Assembly: GCF_006345805.1 (NCBI RefSeq)
Contig: NW_021835996.1
Location: 124,001-188,000, forward strand
Length of the DNA stretch: 64,000 nt
Origin: Octopus sinensis
Lineage: Eukaryota
Direction: 5' to 3'
Both the position numbers and the translations under genes were made by a program. A model generated the notes under the pieces. That model saw nothing but the letters and a program-made list of their open reading frames with translations, made no database searches and had not been told where the DNA came from. Below, in pieces: positions 11,901 to 26,900 of the stretch. Each line of letters starts with the position of its first letter. Within the stretch, counting starts at the first letter, position 1.

Positions 11901-12811
11901 GAATCAAAAAATTTTCATCATCTATTTCTTCTATTTCTGTCAGGTTCTGTATTAACGCATTTTCAAATGCTTTCTTGAAACAATTTGTAATTGTTAATTC
12001 TGACACTTCTAACCAAGCTTGATTTATGAATATCAAGCAATTTAATAGAGTGAATTTCTTCAACTTTTCCGTAACTTTTTCGTGATCTACATTGTCATCA
12101 TTAGTATAAAATTCAATCAAGTGTGCACATAGGAGTTGTCTATACCTGTCTTTGAATGATTTTATTATTCCTTGATCAAGGGGTTGTAACTTCGATGTTG
12201 TATTTGGAGGGAAAAAAAAGAGTTCGATGTTACTGAACTCTAAATCACGTGAGTGTACAGTCGCATTATCAAGTAAAATTAGAATTTTTCTTTTTTGCAA
12301 AATCATTTTTTTGTTCAATTCTATGAGCCATTCTGAGAAATAACCATATGTCATCCATGCTTTTTTATTTGATTTGTATTCCACTTGTAAATTATTAATT
12401 AAATTTCTTCTTCCTTTAAAGCAGCGTGGATTTTTGGCTTTTCCAATAACAAATGGGTCAAGTTTTTCTCCCATCATACCAACGCAAAACATAAGTTACT
12501 CTTTCTTTTATCGGTTTATTAGACAGATTTTTGTTTGAGTCAACAGCTAATGTTCTGTTCGACAAAAGTTTAAAAAACAATCCAGTTTCGTCCAAATTAA
12601 AAATATTTTTTGAACAATATTGTTCTAATTTTCTATTGAGGCTTTCTGTAAAATTTTCAATCACAGAGGTTTCAACAAATTGATTTTCCCCACATAAAGC
12701 ACGGGAAGCAATGCAATATCGATTTTTAAATTTCTCAAGCCATCCATTTGATGCTTGAAATCCTTGAATATTACAAACTTTCGCCATTTTTAGAGACTCG
12801 ATCGGACTCGA
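11890..12811 (-). mobile_element. Tigger/pogo (CENP-B-like HTH + DDE_1) transposase, truncated at both ends
   Basis: FQASNGWLEKFKNR, IFNLDETGLF, KERVT, KAWMT, ILLDNATVH, PPNTTSKLQPLDQGII. One frameshift. Confidence 0.85.
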
Positions 12812-12862
12812 TCGAGGAGATGGCAAAAGGCCTGACGGGATGATGACATGACAATATTCCCG

Positions 12863-13710
12863 TTCGACTGCTGGGTTGTCTCGTTGCACATTCCCGTGAC
12901 AGAGATGAGTCATATTTGACGATTCGGCGAATATTTGAATTGAATTATGACTGGTTTGATCATTTAGAGGCCAAAATAGAGGTTGGATGTCCAGAAATAA
13001 TTTTCAGTTTGTGGTCGGGCATTCAATAAATCTTAATTCCTTTTTTGATTTTAATCCTGAATATGAGTTTGATGACATATCTGAAAGTATGTGCCGTCAT
13101 CAATGTTTTAGAGATCCAGCAGCCATTGGAAGCTGATTTTTTGGAAAAGATTTACAGTTCTCGGCAGAATGGAGAGGCGACGAAAGAACATTATGGACCA
13201 ATTCGTTTAAAGGTTCACATTCCGTGTTATATTGCTAGGAGTCCTTTATGGTAGACAAGGCAATTGTGGAAGACAATTTTGACTTATTAGAGAAGGCTTT
13301 GCACAGTGAAGCGGGAATGAATTTTGTGGATAACTGTCTGATCAACTACATTTGAGGCGGTAGTGTTAAATATGAGTTAGGTGTAGAGAACATTCCATGT
13401 TGTATGACACGAGTGGACAGAGTAGAGGAATACGGGCTTATGTTGCCCCAATGCGTGGTCGGAGAATCGGAGGACGGGGAATGTCAGTCTCGGCTATTCG
13501 GAGTTCAAATAGCAGTAGATATTCCTCATTGCACATTGATGAATTTAAACGACTGACAAACCCTACTTTGAATGTTTATTTGTGCATTTATATTTATAGA
13601 CCACACCCTTGCCAGAACAGTCGGATAACGACGATCTGACCTACCTCACAAGTTTGTTCCCACCAGACCATGTTTGTAGGTTTTATTACCGGAAATCATT
13701 AATTTGTTGA
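12863..13710 (+). pseudogene. VIRMA: Detached 3' exons of VIRMA (no 5' part or start codon here)
   Basis: Continues the 28035-28383 exons past a 26-nt intron: YGPIRLK|ESFMVDKAIVEDNFDLLEKAL...RGRRIGGRG...SRYSSLHIDEF, resembling the VIRMA C-terminal SRPPSMHVDDF motif. The stop position is approximate. Confidence 0.7.
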
Positions 13711-13776
13711 TCACTTTTTGTTTTTTATAAAAATTTTTAAAGGAGTTAGATTTAATGAATTAGTAAAATTAGGGAG

Positions 13777-14051
13777 TTAGACGTCATTTATATAGTCATT
13801 CGGATTCTTGCGATGTGCCAGTTCAAATTCATTATCGGCCCATTTGATGGTGAGATAGCCCAGTGCGATGGCTAAGTGATTGTGGCACTACTCTTTCGTG
13901 TGGCCACTGTTATGAAACTACGTTTGAAGCGGTAAATCAATTTGGGAATTCCGTTTTTGAAATAGCCTGGATATGCTTTTTGTGCAAAGGGGGAAATTGT
14001 AAATTCCACAACTCCGCGAATGTGAGCCAAGTTTCCAAATTCTTTTCCCAT
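13777..14051 (-). CDS. UQCRQ: Cytochrome b-c1 complex subunit 8 (QCR8), copy A; full C-terminus but GA at the intron donor
   Basis: MGKEFGNLAHIRGVVEFTISPFAQKAYPGYFKNGIPKLIYRFKRSFITVAT|PIALGYLTIKWADNEFELAHRKNPNDYINDV* aligns with human MGREFGNL...LSPFEQRAYP...KRKNP. The 26-nt intron 13872-13897 starts GA. Missed by the ORF track. Confidence 0.88.
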
Positions 14052-14844
14052 CTACAAATATAAAAACTGCCACACAAGCGTACACTCTAATGTTGCGTTT
14101 TAATTATATTTATACTTTAATAAAAACTATATAAATTATATTTTTGGTGACAAACACTAATTTAATCAGATTAAAAACAATTTAAATATTTTTGAAAAAT
14201 TATTCAATCATAATTGTGTTACCTATCTTAGTCTACGTAGTTCACCGTCCAAAGCCTTATTTGTGGAGTTTCTCCATGATGTTTTTCAGATCTTACCAGA
14301 TCACCTACCAAAAACATAGAATAAAGATATTTAAATGATAAAGCTTCCAAATTGTTTTTTATGTACTTTTATAAATTCAACTTGAAGGCTTTTTGACATC
14401 GAATTCATAAAATATTGGATCATCAATTTAGAAATAATAAGTTCCATTATTTTCATTTCTAAAGACCTCAAAGCTTATCTTTTTAAATTTTAGTTTTTGA
14501 AAACATCTGAAATTAATCTTACCCTGCTAATACAAGTTTAAAAAAAAATGGTTGTCCAAAATATGGTCAGTATGAAAAGTGAAATGAATTTCTAACTAAA
14601 TGAGAGGTTGGGATGAAAAATCCAAATTGATGCTCGCCTATCCAGTCTTTTCCTGACATTTAGTCAGCGAGAAGCCCTGGACTGCACTTTTCTGGAGGTC
14701 TACAAAGCCAGAAAAAAGAGAAAAATGCGTGGAGTGTCATTCCCTGCTCACTTTGAAGACTCAGAAATTAGTTAGGCAGTTAATTAGTTTTTTTTATTAA
14801 TAAATCAAAGTTATTTGTGGTTAGTACATTACAATTGATGAATT

Positions 14845-16779
14845 TTAGCACTTCACATTCCATTTCCAATTACAAGTCTGTATTTGGGAATCATAAAGGA
14901 GATTTTCGGGGCAATTAACAACAAATCCTTTATATCCAACATGTGAACATAAAACAAACTTCGAACATTCTGGATGTTTATGAATGCCAGGTTTGGTACA
15001 AATCAATTCTAGATTTAGTTAAAAAACAACCTCCATTAATAATTTTGAATCCGTCTAAATTGTCCGTTGTCATTTTTTTAGTATTTTTTTCATAATTGTT
15101 TTTTGTAGCTATGACATATATTATACTAATAACATGTTTTTTGAAATGTCGTTTTCATCCTGTTTTTATTTGTTTTAATAGAATTATTCTTCAAATTTAT
15201 TTAAAAACCAACATGAACGGATGATATTTTACTTTGCTTGGTTGTATTTTCTGAAGGTTTAAAATTAATTATATCAAATTCAGTTTCACCAACTGAGTGC
15301 GTTGTCTAGTTTAATAAATTTACAAAAATAACAAGCATAGCAGTTTCATTTTTATCAACATTGTTGTTATAAATTTTTTTGCTATTTATCCAGTCCTATA
15401 GTGTTTAGTTTCTACAATAGTTACAATTCCTGGATAAATTCCCAATGATTCGTGCATTTGACCAATCAGTGGACTTTTCCCTTGATTACATATTTTTCCC
15501 GAAAAGTCGTCAAGACCCAGTGTCCAGACCATCATTCCTCGCAAAGAATTTTCTTTCACGTATTTTGCCATTTAACTATTTCAAAATATTGTACCTTTTC
15601 TCGAATACTTCTTTTTGTCTCGATTCCAATCCAATAGTGATTTTTAACTCCGTGAGACACTTTTTGTTTATCGTCCCAAATTTCTTGATAATTTTCATTG
15701 CAATACTAAGTTATACATATAAATAAAACTTCGATAAAGCCTAAAATCCCTGGAGTATATAATACGTTTCCTTGAGGAGTCCCTCCAATTTTTTTATCAC
15801 CAAGCTTTCCGTTTTTGTTAGCAATTTTAAACCCCCGTCCATATGTCCCCAACCCGATTACTAATTTCGACCTATTTGCTCCATTTTTGATGTAATAATT
15901 AACTGCAAAATCCTAAATTGTGATAAATCATGGTTAATACAGTATTGAACTCGTCATTATCATTTGTCCCGTAAAGTCCGCTATGATGCCCAACAGAGTT
16001 CGAAAATTGTCCATAAAAATCATACGTCATTAAAAAAATTAAATCAAGATATCTAAATAGGAAGAAAAAAATACTTCGATAAATCTGGAATGTTAAATGA
16101 GTTATCAATCGTTGATCTGCCAGCAGAAACTGCCGCAGTCAACATGTATTTTTTAGATTTATTCTTTTTAAAAACATTACTCATTATCTATTTGTAAAAA
16201 TAGATTAGAAAACTTTGATTAGTCGAGAGAAAGATTCCTTTTGATTGTTTGGATATTCCCAATCAATATCAAAACCATCAAAATTATATTGAGACAAATA
16301 TTTCATTGTGTTTTTTGCAAAAATATGTGCATTTCTCGCACTTTTTGATATTGTAGTAAATTCTGAAAGTTGCCTTGCCCATCCTCCCACAGAAAGTAAT
16401 ATTTTCAGATCAGGATTTACTTTTTTTAACGACGTAACTTTTTCAAAATTTCCCTTTCCATCTAAAAATTATTTAACCCATTAAAGAACAATTTTTTTCT
16501 AAATCAGAATATTCGTCCGTTGATGTAGGTTTCAAATTAACAATATCAATATTACTGAATGCATATAATATATGTGTGCAAAGATATGGATACATGTCTT
16601 CAGCTTTATAAGAAGCTAGCCCATTTCGATAAACTGCCCAATTTGTGTAATAACAAGCCAAAATTTTATCTAACATAAAATATTAGTTTAACCGTCTTTT
16701 TTGTTCTTAACTATAAATTGCTGCATTAAAAAAATCTAATTTAAACGTTATTTGTATAACATAATACTAGAGCCAACAT
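14845..16779 (-). CDS. GH18 chitinase with C-terminal CBM14 chitin-binding domain, copy A
   Basis: ACYYTNWAVYR, CTHILYAF, LLSVGGW, FDGFDIDWEYP (intact DxDxE), MTYDFYG, GLGTYGRGF, GMMVWTLGLDDF; C-terminal CSKFVLC...CPENLLYD...CNWKWNVKC*. The start codon (16779 vs 16725 region) is uncertain. Confidence 0.9.
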
Positions 16780-17017
16780 TTAATTACATATATACTCAGT
16801 TGTACATTTATATTGCAACTAATTAAATTTTTCTGTTACAGGCAGACACCTGCTTATAATTTGAATTTTATAATCATGATTAGTAAAATTGATTAACGAA
16901 AAGAAGTTAATTAATTCCACAAATAATATTTTCCCCTATAATCCAACAAAAATAAAAAAACTTAAAGTAATTCGTTATAATAAAATATCGTATTTTTTTC
17001 ATTTAACTTAACATTTC

Positions 17018-17207
17018 ATTTAACTTCCACTCTTTTTCGAAACACTCCGCACCCTCGCCCCTGAAGACCTTTTTTCCTGTCCTGGACCGCCTCACCAGTC
17101 GCCACCTATTGGGATTCGGGATCTCTGGGAGCGCCCAATCGCCGCTGTCCGCTACCTGATTGCAGCCGGCTTCCTACATGCTAGAGAAGCCGGGGTAACT
17201 AACCAAC
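17018..17207 (+). mobile_element. 190-bp 3' end of a LINE with 14-bp TSD, absent from duplication copy B
   Basis: TSD TAACTTAACATTTC at 17004-17017 and 17208-17221; single empty site at 33344-33357. Translates DLFSCP...DLWERPIAAVRYLIAAGF. Confidence 0.85.
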
Positions 17208-17939
17208 TAACTTAACATTTCCGATAGGCTAGGAATGTCCACGGCGTTAATCTCGACGTGGTTTAGAAGCATTTGGAGTAAATTAAAATGGCATTCCAGA
17301 TTTATACGTATCTCAAATAAATTTATAAACTTGTGATATACAGTCGTCTCCAAAAAATTTCCCATAAGGCAGGACTTTATCAAACCCCATACTATTGACA
17401 CAAAATAACAGATTGAATGGATTCCTTCAGCTAAATATAAAAATTAATGGCCATAGTGCCTTTCGGCTGTTTTAATTTTTGGTTTTTAAACAGAAAAGAT
17501 ATTCCCGCAATGAGTTTCAATTTTTAAAAACTCTCCATTTGAATGAAGTAGAGCACTTTTATTCTAAGTAGAGCACTTTTATCCTCCACTTTTTTGCCCT
17601 GTCTTCCAAAACGTTTGCAGTGTGTTCGTTGTTTAACTATTTGATCAGATTCTGTATCCTGCTACGTTTTGATTTTAAAAATATTTTCTGACGGTATCCG
17701 GTGTGTTCTCTAACGATAGTCAAAGATCTTTCTATTTATTGCAGAGACATGACATTTGTCTTTACATGTGCATTTACAGCCGCCGCCCAATGTGAATTCT
17801 TTACTTTGCATGCGTCCAGATGACTCCTTTATTGCTTGTAGATAATGTTTTGTAGAATATTAATGGATTTTTCTGGTGGCATGTGAAGAGGATAATCGCT
17901 CAACTAGGTATGCCGCTTGTTTGGCATGATAAAACTTAG

Positions 17940-19030
17940 CATCTGAAGTGCGTACAAAACGACTTGTATTATCGAACAGGGCAATGAGCTCACTTTCCAA
18001 GATGGCCCCTCCGTAATAGTGTTCTGTCTTTCTGTCTACAAAACAAGGAATGCTTAATACTCGTTACAAACCATACATTCTTCCAACATTGGACTACACA
18101 ACTCCATCATGAGCGCTTCTCTTGTCAAAAAAAACTCCTTCAGAAGTTACAATCAATCCAAAATCAAGCACTCAAAATCACTACAAGTTGTATGAAGTCT
18201 ACTCCGAACGACCATATGCATCAGGAAACCAACATGATCAAACTTATAGACCATTTCGACATCTGTGGAACCCAATTCTCTCCAATTGTCATGAAAGACG
18301 TAGCGAAACATGTCGAACCAACTCAACTTTGGACTGCAATCACGACTTGGCGACGTTATCAAGTCAAGGCAGTGGAAAAATTTGAAGAGAGAAGGGTCGA
18401 TGCTGGGTCCAAATGCCACACTCACGTGACTGACTCGACAATCCCCACGTGTACAAATACTCGAATCAAGGTCGTAAAAATACTTGAGGGGAAACAGTGA
18501 CTTTCGAATCTCTAAATCCCCGAATGGAATGACGACTTGGTCTACCAGAGGACACAATAGTCAACTAAAATATGTCCCCGTCAGTTCTGCCCCTCCAAAC
18601 AGTCCCCAAAAACCGACAATTATTCCAAACAATAATAGACACGGAATAGTCCCGGAGATTAGTCTTCATTTCTTCAAACTCGAAAACGACAAAAGAGAGT
18701 GCTAAATAATGTCCCCACACTGTCAAAACTACTCCTCACTCACACAATCCACCATTCAGACTCCACTCGCTTCATAAACCCCAAAATATTGTCCTCTCCA
18801 AAAACAGAGGGATCTGACAGGGCTTTGAGGGAGACCCCTTTTAGACCGACAGATGGTTTTGATCCCTTCTTTTTGCCGACGGTGAATCCCCACTCGCTCA
18901 ATGTCCTACTGAGAAGTGTCCGTAAGGTGTGTGGCAGTCCACATAAATCGACGAGTCTGTCCCATCACTTAACAATAAAACAAGGACACACGGAGATAAA
19001 ATCAGTTGGAGAAGTAGCAAAATAAATAAA
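17940..19030 (+). mobile_element. Degenerate Jockey/I-like LINE 3' portion
   Basis: YKPYILPTLDY, LQSIQNQALKITTSCMKSTPNDHMHQET (post-RT region). Ends in an AATAAATAAA tail near 19021. Confidence 0.65.
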
Positions 19031-19432
19031 TTTATATCCAGTTAATAAAATCCATAAAACTCCAGACTAAAGTCAGATCCAAAATCCTCAAGAAACGACA
19101 AATTCATGATCAAGATCATACTTTTCTCCCTTGGCCGTAAGCTTAGCTTTAATTTGTTCAAAAATGAGAATTTCCTAAAATAGACATTAAATAAAATACT
19201 TTGACATCTCCTTCAGAGTCGATTACGTTGATAGCCACAGCACTGTGCTTGGAGAAGTAAAAACTAGTCAAAGCATGGTGAGTGTCACTAATCTCGACAA
19301 CAACACTGTCCGACTTGTCCACGTTTAAAGACGGGCACTGTCCGAGAATCTACCATGACAGTCCAAAAGACCTTAATATTGACATCCTGCGAATTGAACA
19401 AGATGAATGGTCACAGGTGTAGTGAATAGCAT

Positions 19433-21049
19433 TATTATTATTATTATTTGCAACATACGTAGAATCATATTAGTTATAATTTTACTCGTGCAGCATTAAA
19501 AACAATCCTTTGAACCAGCCTCCTCCAACCTCCTCTGTCGTGAGCGAGTTTCCTCAGCTCGTCCAGATCCTCACCACTCCTTAGCCTTTTCTTCACACAT
19601 TTCAGGTCTCCGTCAAGTGTTTCCGGCAGCGTAACACGTGGACGTCCACGGAAGCTCGATCCCTCTTTCAGGAAGTAGCCCTCCATTGCTATGTTAGCTG
19701 GGGCAAGCATGTCCATTCGTAGAATATGGCCAAATAACCTCCACCGCATATTAACGATTTCCACACTCAGAGGGCCAGTTCTGCATCTATTGTATAGCGA
19801 TTCCTGGTTGATTCTTATAGGCCAGTTCAATCCCAGTAGGGATCTAAGTTGCCTGCGGTGAAAAGAATCGAGTCCACGTTGTTCAGTACTAGACATTCCC
19901 CAGGTCGCCGAATTATATGTCAGGATTGGTTTGACAAAGGCTTCATACATCCTCAGACGAAGTGACGTACAGAGTCGTCGTTTGCCGATCCACTCTTTCT
20001 TTATCTTGTTCATCGTGGCCCAAGCGAGAGCCTTTCTTCTGACAATATCATGGCCGTCCCCAAGTAGAGAACCAAGTTTGTTCGTTTTGCGCCAGGCTTC
20101 ACTTGAGCTGCTCTCCATCCTCATGATTTCAACGATGTCGGTTTTTCCAACGTTTATTTTAAGGAACCATCTGTTCAGCTCAGCAGGTGCCACTTCAAGG
20201 AGTCGAAGTAAGGCCGATTTGTCGTCTGACACGAAGTCGACGTCATCTGCATATACAATTTCGACGATATTGCCAGCATAGAATTTTCGAAGGTCTCGTA
20301 GTGCCGTCTCCAGATAGATCACGAATAGCAACGGCGAGAGGGCGTCTCCCTGAGGGGTACCGACGTTGCACGTGAATTCACGGGAAAACGCCGTGCCGAC
20401 CCGCACCTTGAGCTTTGTGTTCGATAGTAGTACTCTTATCATATTGACAGAGTCAGGGTCCAGGAATTGTTCCAGTATTTTGAGGAGTAGACCACGGCGT
20501 ACCGTGTCAAAGGCCCTAGACAGGTCTATTCCCAGGACTGTTGTTGCACTTTTGTATCTCTGGGTGATAGCGCAGTACCACTTGTGGGCCCAAACAGCAT
20601 CGGCGGTGGATCTTCCTGTCCTAAATCCACTATGACTCGGGGATAGATAGTTGTCCACTTGTTCTCTTATTCGGTTCAGTGTAACTAATCCCAAAAGTTT
20701 CCGTAGGGTGTTTAGCAAGATTATAGGGCGTAGATTTTCGACAGGCCCAGCCTGCTTGTTAGGCTTTTGGATCGGTATTAATAATCCGGAATCAAGACCG
20801 AGGAATTCCTTTTCATAAACATACCATTGAGTAGCTCCGCCAGTTTGTCTGTTAGTGCAGGCGGTCCGTATTTAAACAGTTCTGAATTTATTCCATCCGG
20901 TCCAGAGGAGCGGCCATTTTTAAGTTTGGCTATTGCAGTTGATACTTCACCGGTGGTGATAGGTAGGCTGAGATGAGTGGTGTATCCGCTGGTGTAATCG
21001 GATATTTCTCCGTGAGCGGTTAATATACTCTCGAAATACGAGGCTATAT
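19433..21049 (-). mobile_element. RTE-clade non-LTR retrotransposon, 5'-truncated, RT nearly intact
   Basis: LKNGRSSGPDGI, NLRPIILLN, HSGFRTGRST, IDLSRAFDTV, GTPQGDALSPLLF, YADDVD, LTYNSATW, RWRLFGHILR, GRPR. (TAA)n tail at 19431-19447. Candidate 7-bp TSD ATAGCAT (19426-19432, 21050-21056). One frameshift near 20800. Confidence 0.9.
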
Positions 21050-21187
21050 ATAGCATATACTTCAAAAGTCGGCATAATAGTTCACAAATAAAATACACAA
21101 AATTAATAATATAACATGCATTAATATTGTAATCTATCTTAATGATTATTCACTTAAAAAACAAAAGACTACATTACAAAAATACGT

Positions 21188-21439
21188 ACGCTCACTCAGA
21201 CTAAACTCCTACGCTCACTCATTGAACGTCGCGATCTCCCCGGTATGCAACCTCTGCTGTGCCGAAGATCACTCAACTGATCAGCTTTTCCGCTGCCCTG
21301 TTCTCCTCCCTGTCCGCAGGAAATTTGCTGTCCACTCCCCCGAGGTCCTTTGGGAGCAACCCGCGAAGGCGCTGTTGTTTCTGCTAGCCGCCGGTCTCAT
21401 ACCCTAATGTGAGACCGGGGTTATGCAACAACAACAACA
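21188..21439 (+). mobile_element. About 250-bp LINE 3' end with (CAA)n tail and 12-bp TSD
   Basis: CNLCCAEDHSTDQLFRC...LWEQPAKALLFLLAAGL*. TSD ACAAAAATACGT at 21176-21187 and 21440-21451. Confidence 0.82.
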
Positions 21440-21788
21440 ACAAAAATACGTGGTTAAATTCCTAAAAAATCGTTAAAAATACGAAATCAATAAAAAATAA
21501 ACAAAATCTTTTAAAAAGTAAAAAAAAGTTGTACAAAATATAATCAGTGTCAGTAATTGCTTCCAATTAGTACATTCTTCCAAATCTTCCCTATAGATTA
21601 AAAATAGGATTAACCACTCTCTAACAGGAATAAAAATTTCCAATAATATTAAAAAATATTATAATTAAAAGAAATAATAAATTCAATTAATTTGAAACTG
21701 AATGTTTTATCGTTTTTTGTTGTGCACTTGATAATTTAGCCATTTTTTGAACATTAAAATTCATCAATAAAAAATCAGAAACAATTTC

Positions 21789-23780
<1,992 letters not shown>

Positions 23781-23979
23781 TCTGCGAAATATGTGGCTTA
23801 TGCCATTTTTTATTTTAATCACTTTTTATTTAAATAATTTTCTGTTTTTTACTATCATAGCTATACTAGTTTTTAATGTAAATAAAGATAGACGGTTTTT
23901 TTAGATTTTTAATTTATGTTTTTTTAATTTATAATGAATGTTTTTTAATAATTTTATTTAAATTAAAGTGTGAGGTTGC

Positions 23980-26900
23980 ATGTCGGTTTCGATATCTGAT
24001 TGCATTCTATTTTCCGGGACTTTTACCCACATAAATATAAAAGTAAGAATAAATATATTTATAATAATTAAAGAAACACGTGGATTGCATAGACTTTCCA
24101 ACCGGAACATATCTTAAAGAAATCAGAATAATCCCAAACGACATTGAAGTCAAACAGAAAAAAATAAGAGGGTTTCTTGTTGTGATAATCTCAGATGCAC
24201 ATCCCCGAACAGTTTTTTGGTCGAATTGCACGTTTTTGATATCGCAACGAGGGAATTCCTCATCGTCAACACGTATAGTCGACAATTTGATTGATTTAGT
24301 GTTCAATATGACCAAAATTCAACATTTATGAGCACAATTGATTACAAAGTATTCTCCCCTCACAATTCAGATGCCCACAACCTGTCTAGTCTTGAGAGGA
24401 AGCTACAAGAACATCACTCTCGTGGTAATCGGGATTGCCTCTCCGCAGTTTCCCAGAGAGTTGAGGGTCAATCGTTAGTCGTCTTTTAATTAATGTCGTG
24501 ATTAGCATGTGGATCGAGCTCACTAGATCCCAACATGAACTATGTATTACAAATAATCATTTTATATAGAGTTTCCCCAATTATACTTCTGACGATGCTT
24601 TGAAAAGTATTTTTTAATAAAACTACTTTTTAGAATTAATATTATTGAACGAGGATGACTCAGACTTGGAAAATTGTCCACAAATTGTAAATATTTATAT
24701 TTCAGAATGAATTGTTTTTTGCTTTATTGAACTCATTTGATGAACAATTGACCCCCCTGGAGGACAAAGATGATATTTCTGGTTTGGTTAGTCAAAATGA
24801 GGTTGATTCTTTTTTTGAATTCGTCAAAAATGAATTAAAATCCGAAATGTATTCAAAAGCTGACTCCATCAGTAGGTTTGATCGAAAATCGTGTAAAGAT
24901 TACATTTCAAAAATGCCGTTTTTGTTGAAGAGAATTAAAAAGTTAGACAAGTCAAAATTCGAATGTTTTGAGTTTGTGAGATTCGTAGTGTGCACACAGT
25001 CACTGATTGAATGGCTGGTCTTGGTTTTTACTGACATTCCCACAAAGAGCTCGGAGATTTTAAAAATAGGCTTTTCTCTAATCGAGCAGTTGGCCGAAAC
25101 TGGAATTCTGTGGCTGTCCGTGTTCTTGAATCTCCGTTGGTTCCAATCTGGCTCAATGAGTTGGCAAAATCCGAGTTGACGGTCACCTTGAAGATGAAGT
25201 TCATCCTTTCATTTAGTACTCTTTTCCGGTCTTCGGAATGCTTTGATATTTTGACTATGCACAATTCTTCTCTTCAAGATTTATTTGACTCAATCAGCGA
25301 GGTCCCTGATGTATGTTTATTTGTAGAGTGGCATTCAGTCTATTAGACTAAGAGCAACTGTTCAGACTCTCCTGTCCAAGTTGGAGATTTGGCAGGCACT
25401 CAAATCAATTGGAGAAAGTCTCAGAATGACAAAGGAATTGGAAAATGTCCACAATGTTTATAAAGTTATCAAAGACTTGGAGTTTCTCATCAAAATATAT
25501 TCTCACTCTCAAACTGAGTTGGAAAATGTATTCAGTGGATGTTACTTGCTGGTAGATTTCAGTATTGTGTTCCCCGAAGACGTTTCATTTGGGGATCCAC
25601 GTTGATTCATTCGGTTTAATCCACACTCTTTTGGAAGAATTGTACTTTTCACTAATTATCATTTTTTGAATAGTCGTGTTTTTGAATGTGTCGATCGTCT
25701 CATTTCTAACTCTCCTCATTTGCTACTTCAGGATAAAAATGACTTTGTTTGGTCGTTTTGTGATGACTTTGTCTTCAACCTACAAAGGATTGCTTTTTCT
25801 TTTGAAGTGTCCTCCTTTTTTCAACGCGTTTATTGACGTGGATCTTCGTTTTTTTGAATCAACGCGTTCTGTGTTGATATCAAGTTATTGTGAGTTAATT
25901 TGTTGACTTCATTCAATTCGGTCTGCTGAAAATTTGAGAGATTTACTTTCTGGTTTTTTACGTTTCTATTTATTTTAGACGAGAACTGTGCCATTGACTC
26001 CTTTTCCGACGTGATTGAAAAAATCCTCAAAATGTGTTCTCAGGCACACGGGAGGAAGGCCATGGTTGCTGTTTTTGAGATGGAGGATAATTTTGATTTG
26101 ATTGTTAGTCTTTTTGTGAGGATTTTCGGTATATTAATCACATTAACTGTTTTAGAAAATGAGTGCTCGTCACTGGAGTGTGGCTGTTCTCGGTTATTCG
26201 GTCGTTTTTTGTCGAATATCATCGAATCGGCTACGTCTGCTAGATTTTTTAGGTTTTTAACAAGTCAGCTTCTGCCTCTGCTAAAGCAAAGTATGTGTAA
26301 TGGAGTTGTATGCAAGATATAGATGACGATGAGTGCTTATCCAGTTTAAGGGAATTGCTACAACAAATAAGCAGATTCGACTGGACGGAGGATGAGTGTA
26401 TGACCGAGGCTGTCTCCGCCATTGCACATTACTCCCAGAATTTGTCACATCAGCCATTTGGACTGCTTTGTGTGATGAGAATGTGCAGTGATGTCATTAA
26501 TCCTAATCATCGTGACGAGGAAAACCAAAGCAAGTTTCAGAGGCTTTCGTTTCTTCTTTATTTTGTGTCTGCTAATGGATTCCGTTGTCTGTTCGAACTG
26601 ATAAATGTTTTTCACATATTTCTGGATTGTTCTAGAATATTCTAACCATCGCTGAACCAGCTTGGTTGTCCTTTGCCCCTTCTGTAGAAGTAATGACTTA
26701 TTTTTTGAACCTGCTCCTCCCAACGTTGCAAATTATTCTTACTTTTGTACGAGAGCTGTCAGAATGCGGATGTCCAGTTGTCGACTTTAGTCTTTATGTT
26801 CTCTAGTTTAAAGATTCGGCCATTTTCTGTCCTTTGCTTCGTTGTTGGAGTTTAGTTTTTCACCTTCCGGTTGGATCCAACAACAAAAATGAAGTATTCT

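Larger units (their letters stand above)
12863..17567. repeat. Segmental duplication copy A (VIRMA 3' end, UQCRQ, chitinase)
   Basis: 12863-13211 matches 28035-28383, and 13807-17567 matches 30143-33704 almost base for base. 13212-13806 is absent from copy B. Confidence 0.95.

Noticed and set aside
17640-17900. Cys-rich CKCTCKDKC fragment as a Sola-like transposase
   Set aside because: Too short and interrupted to assign; no termini seen.
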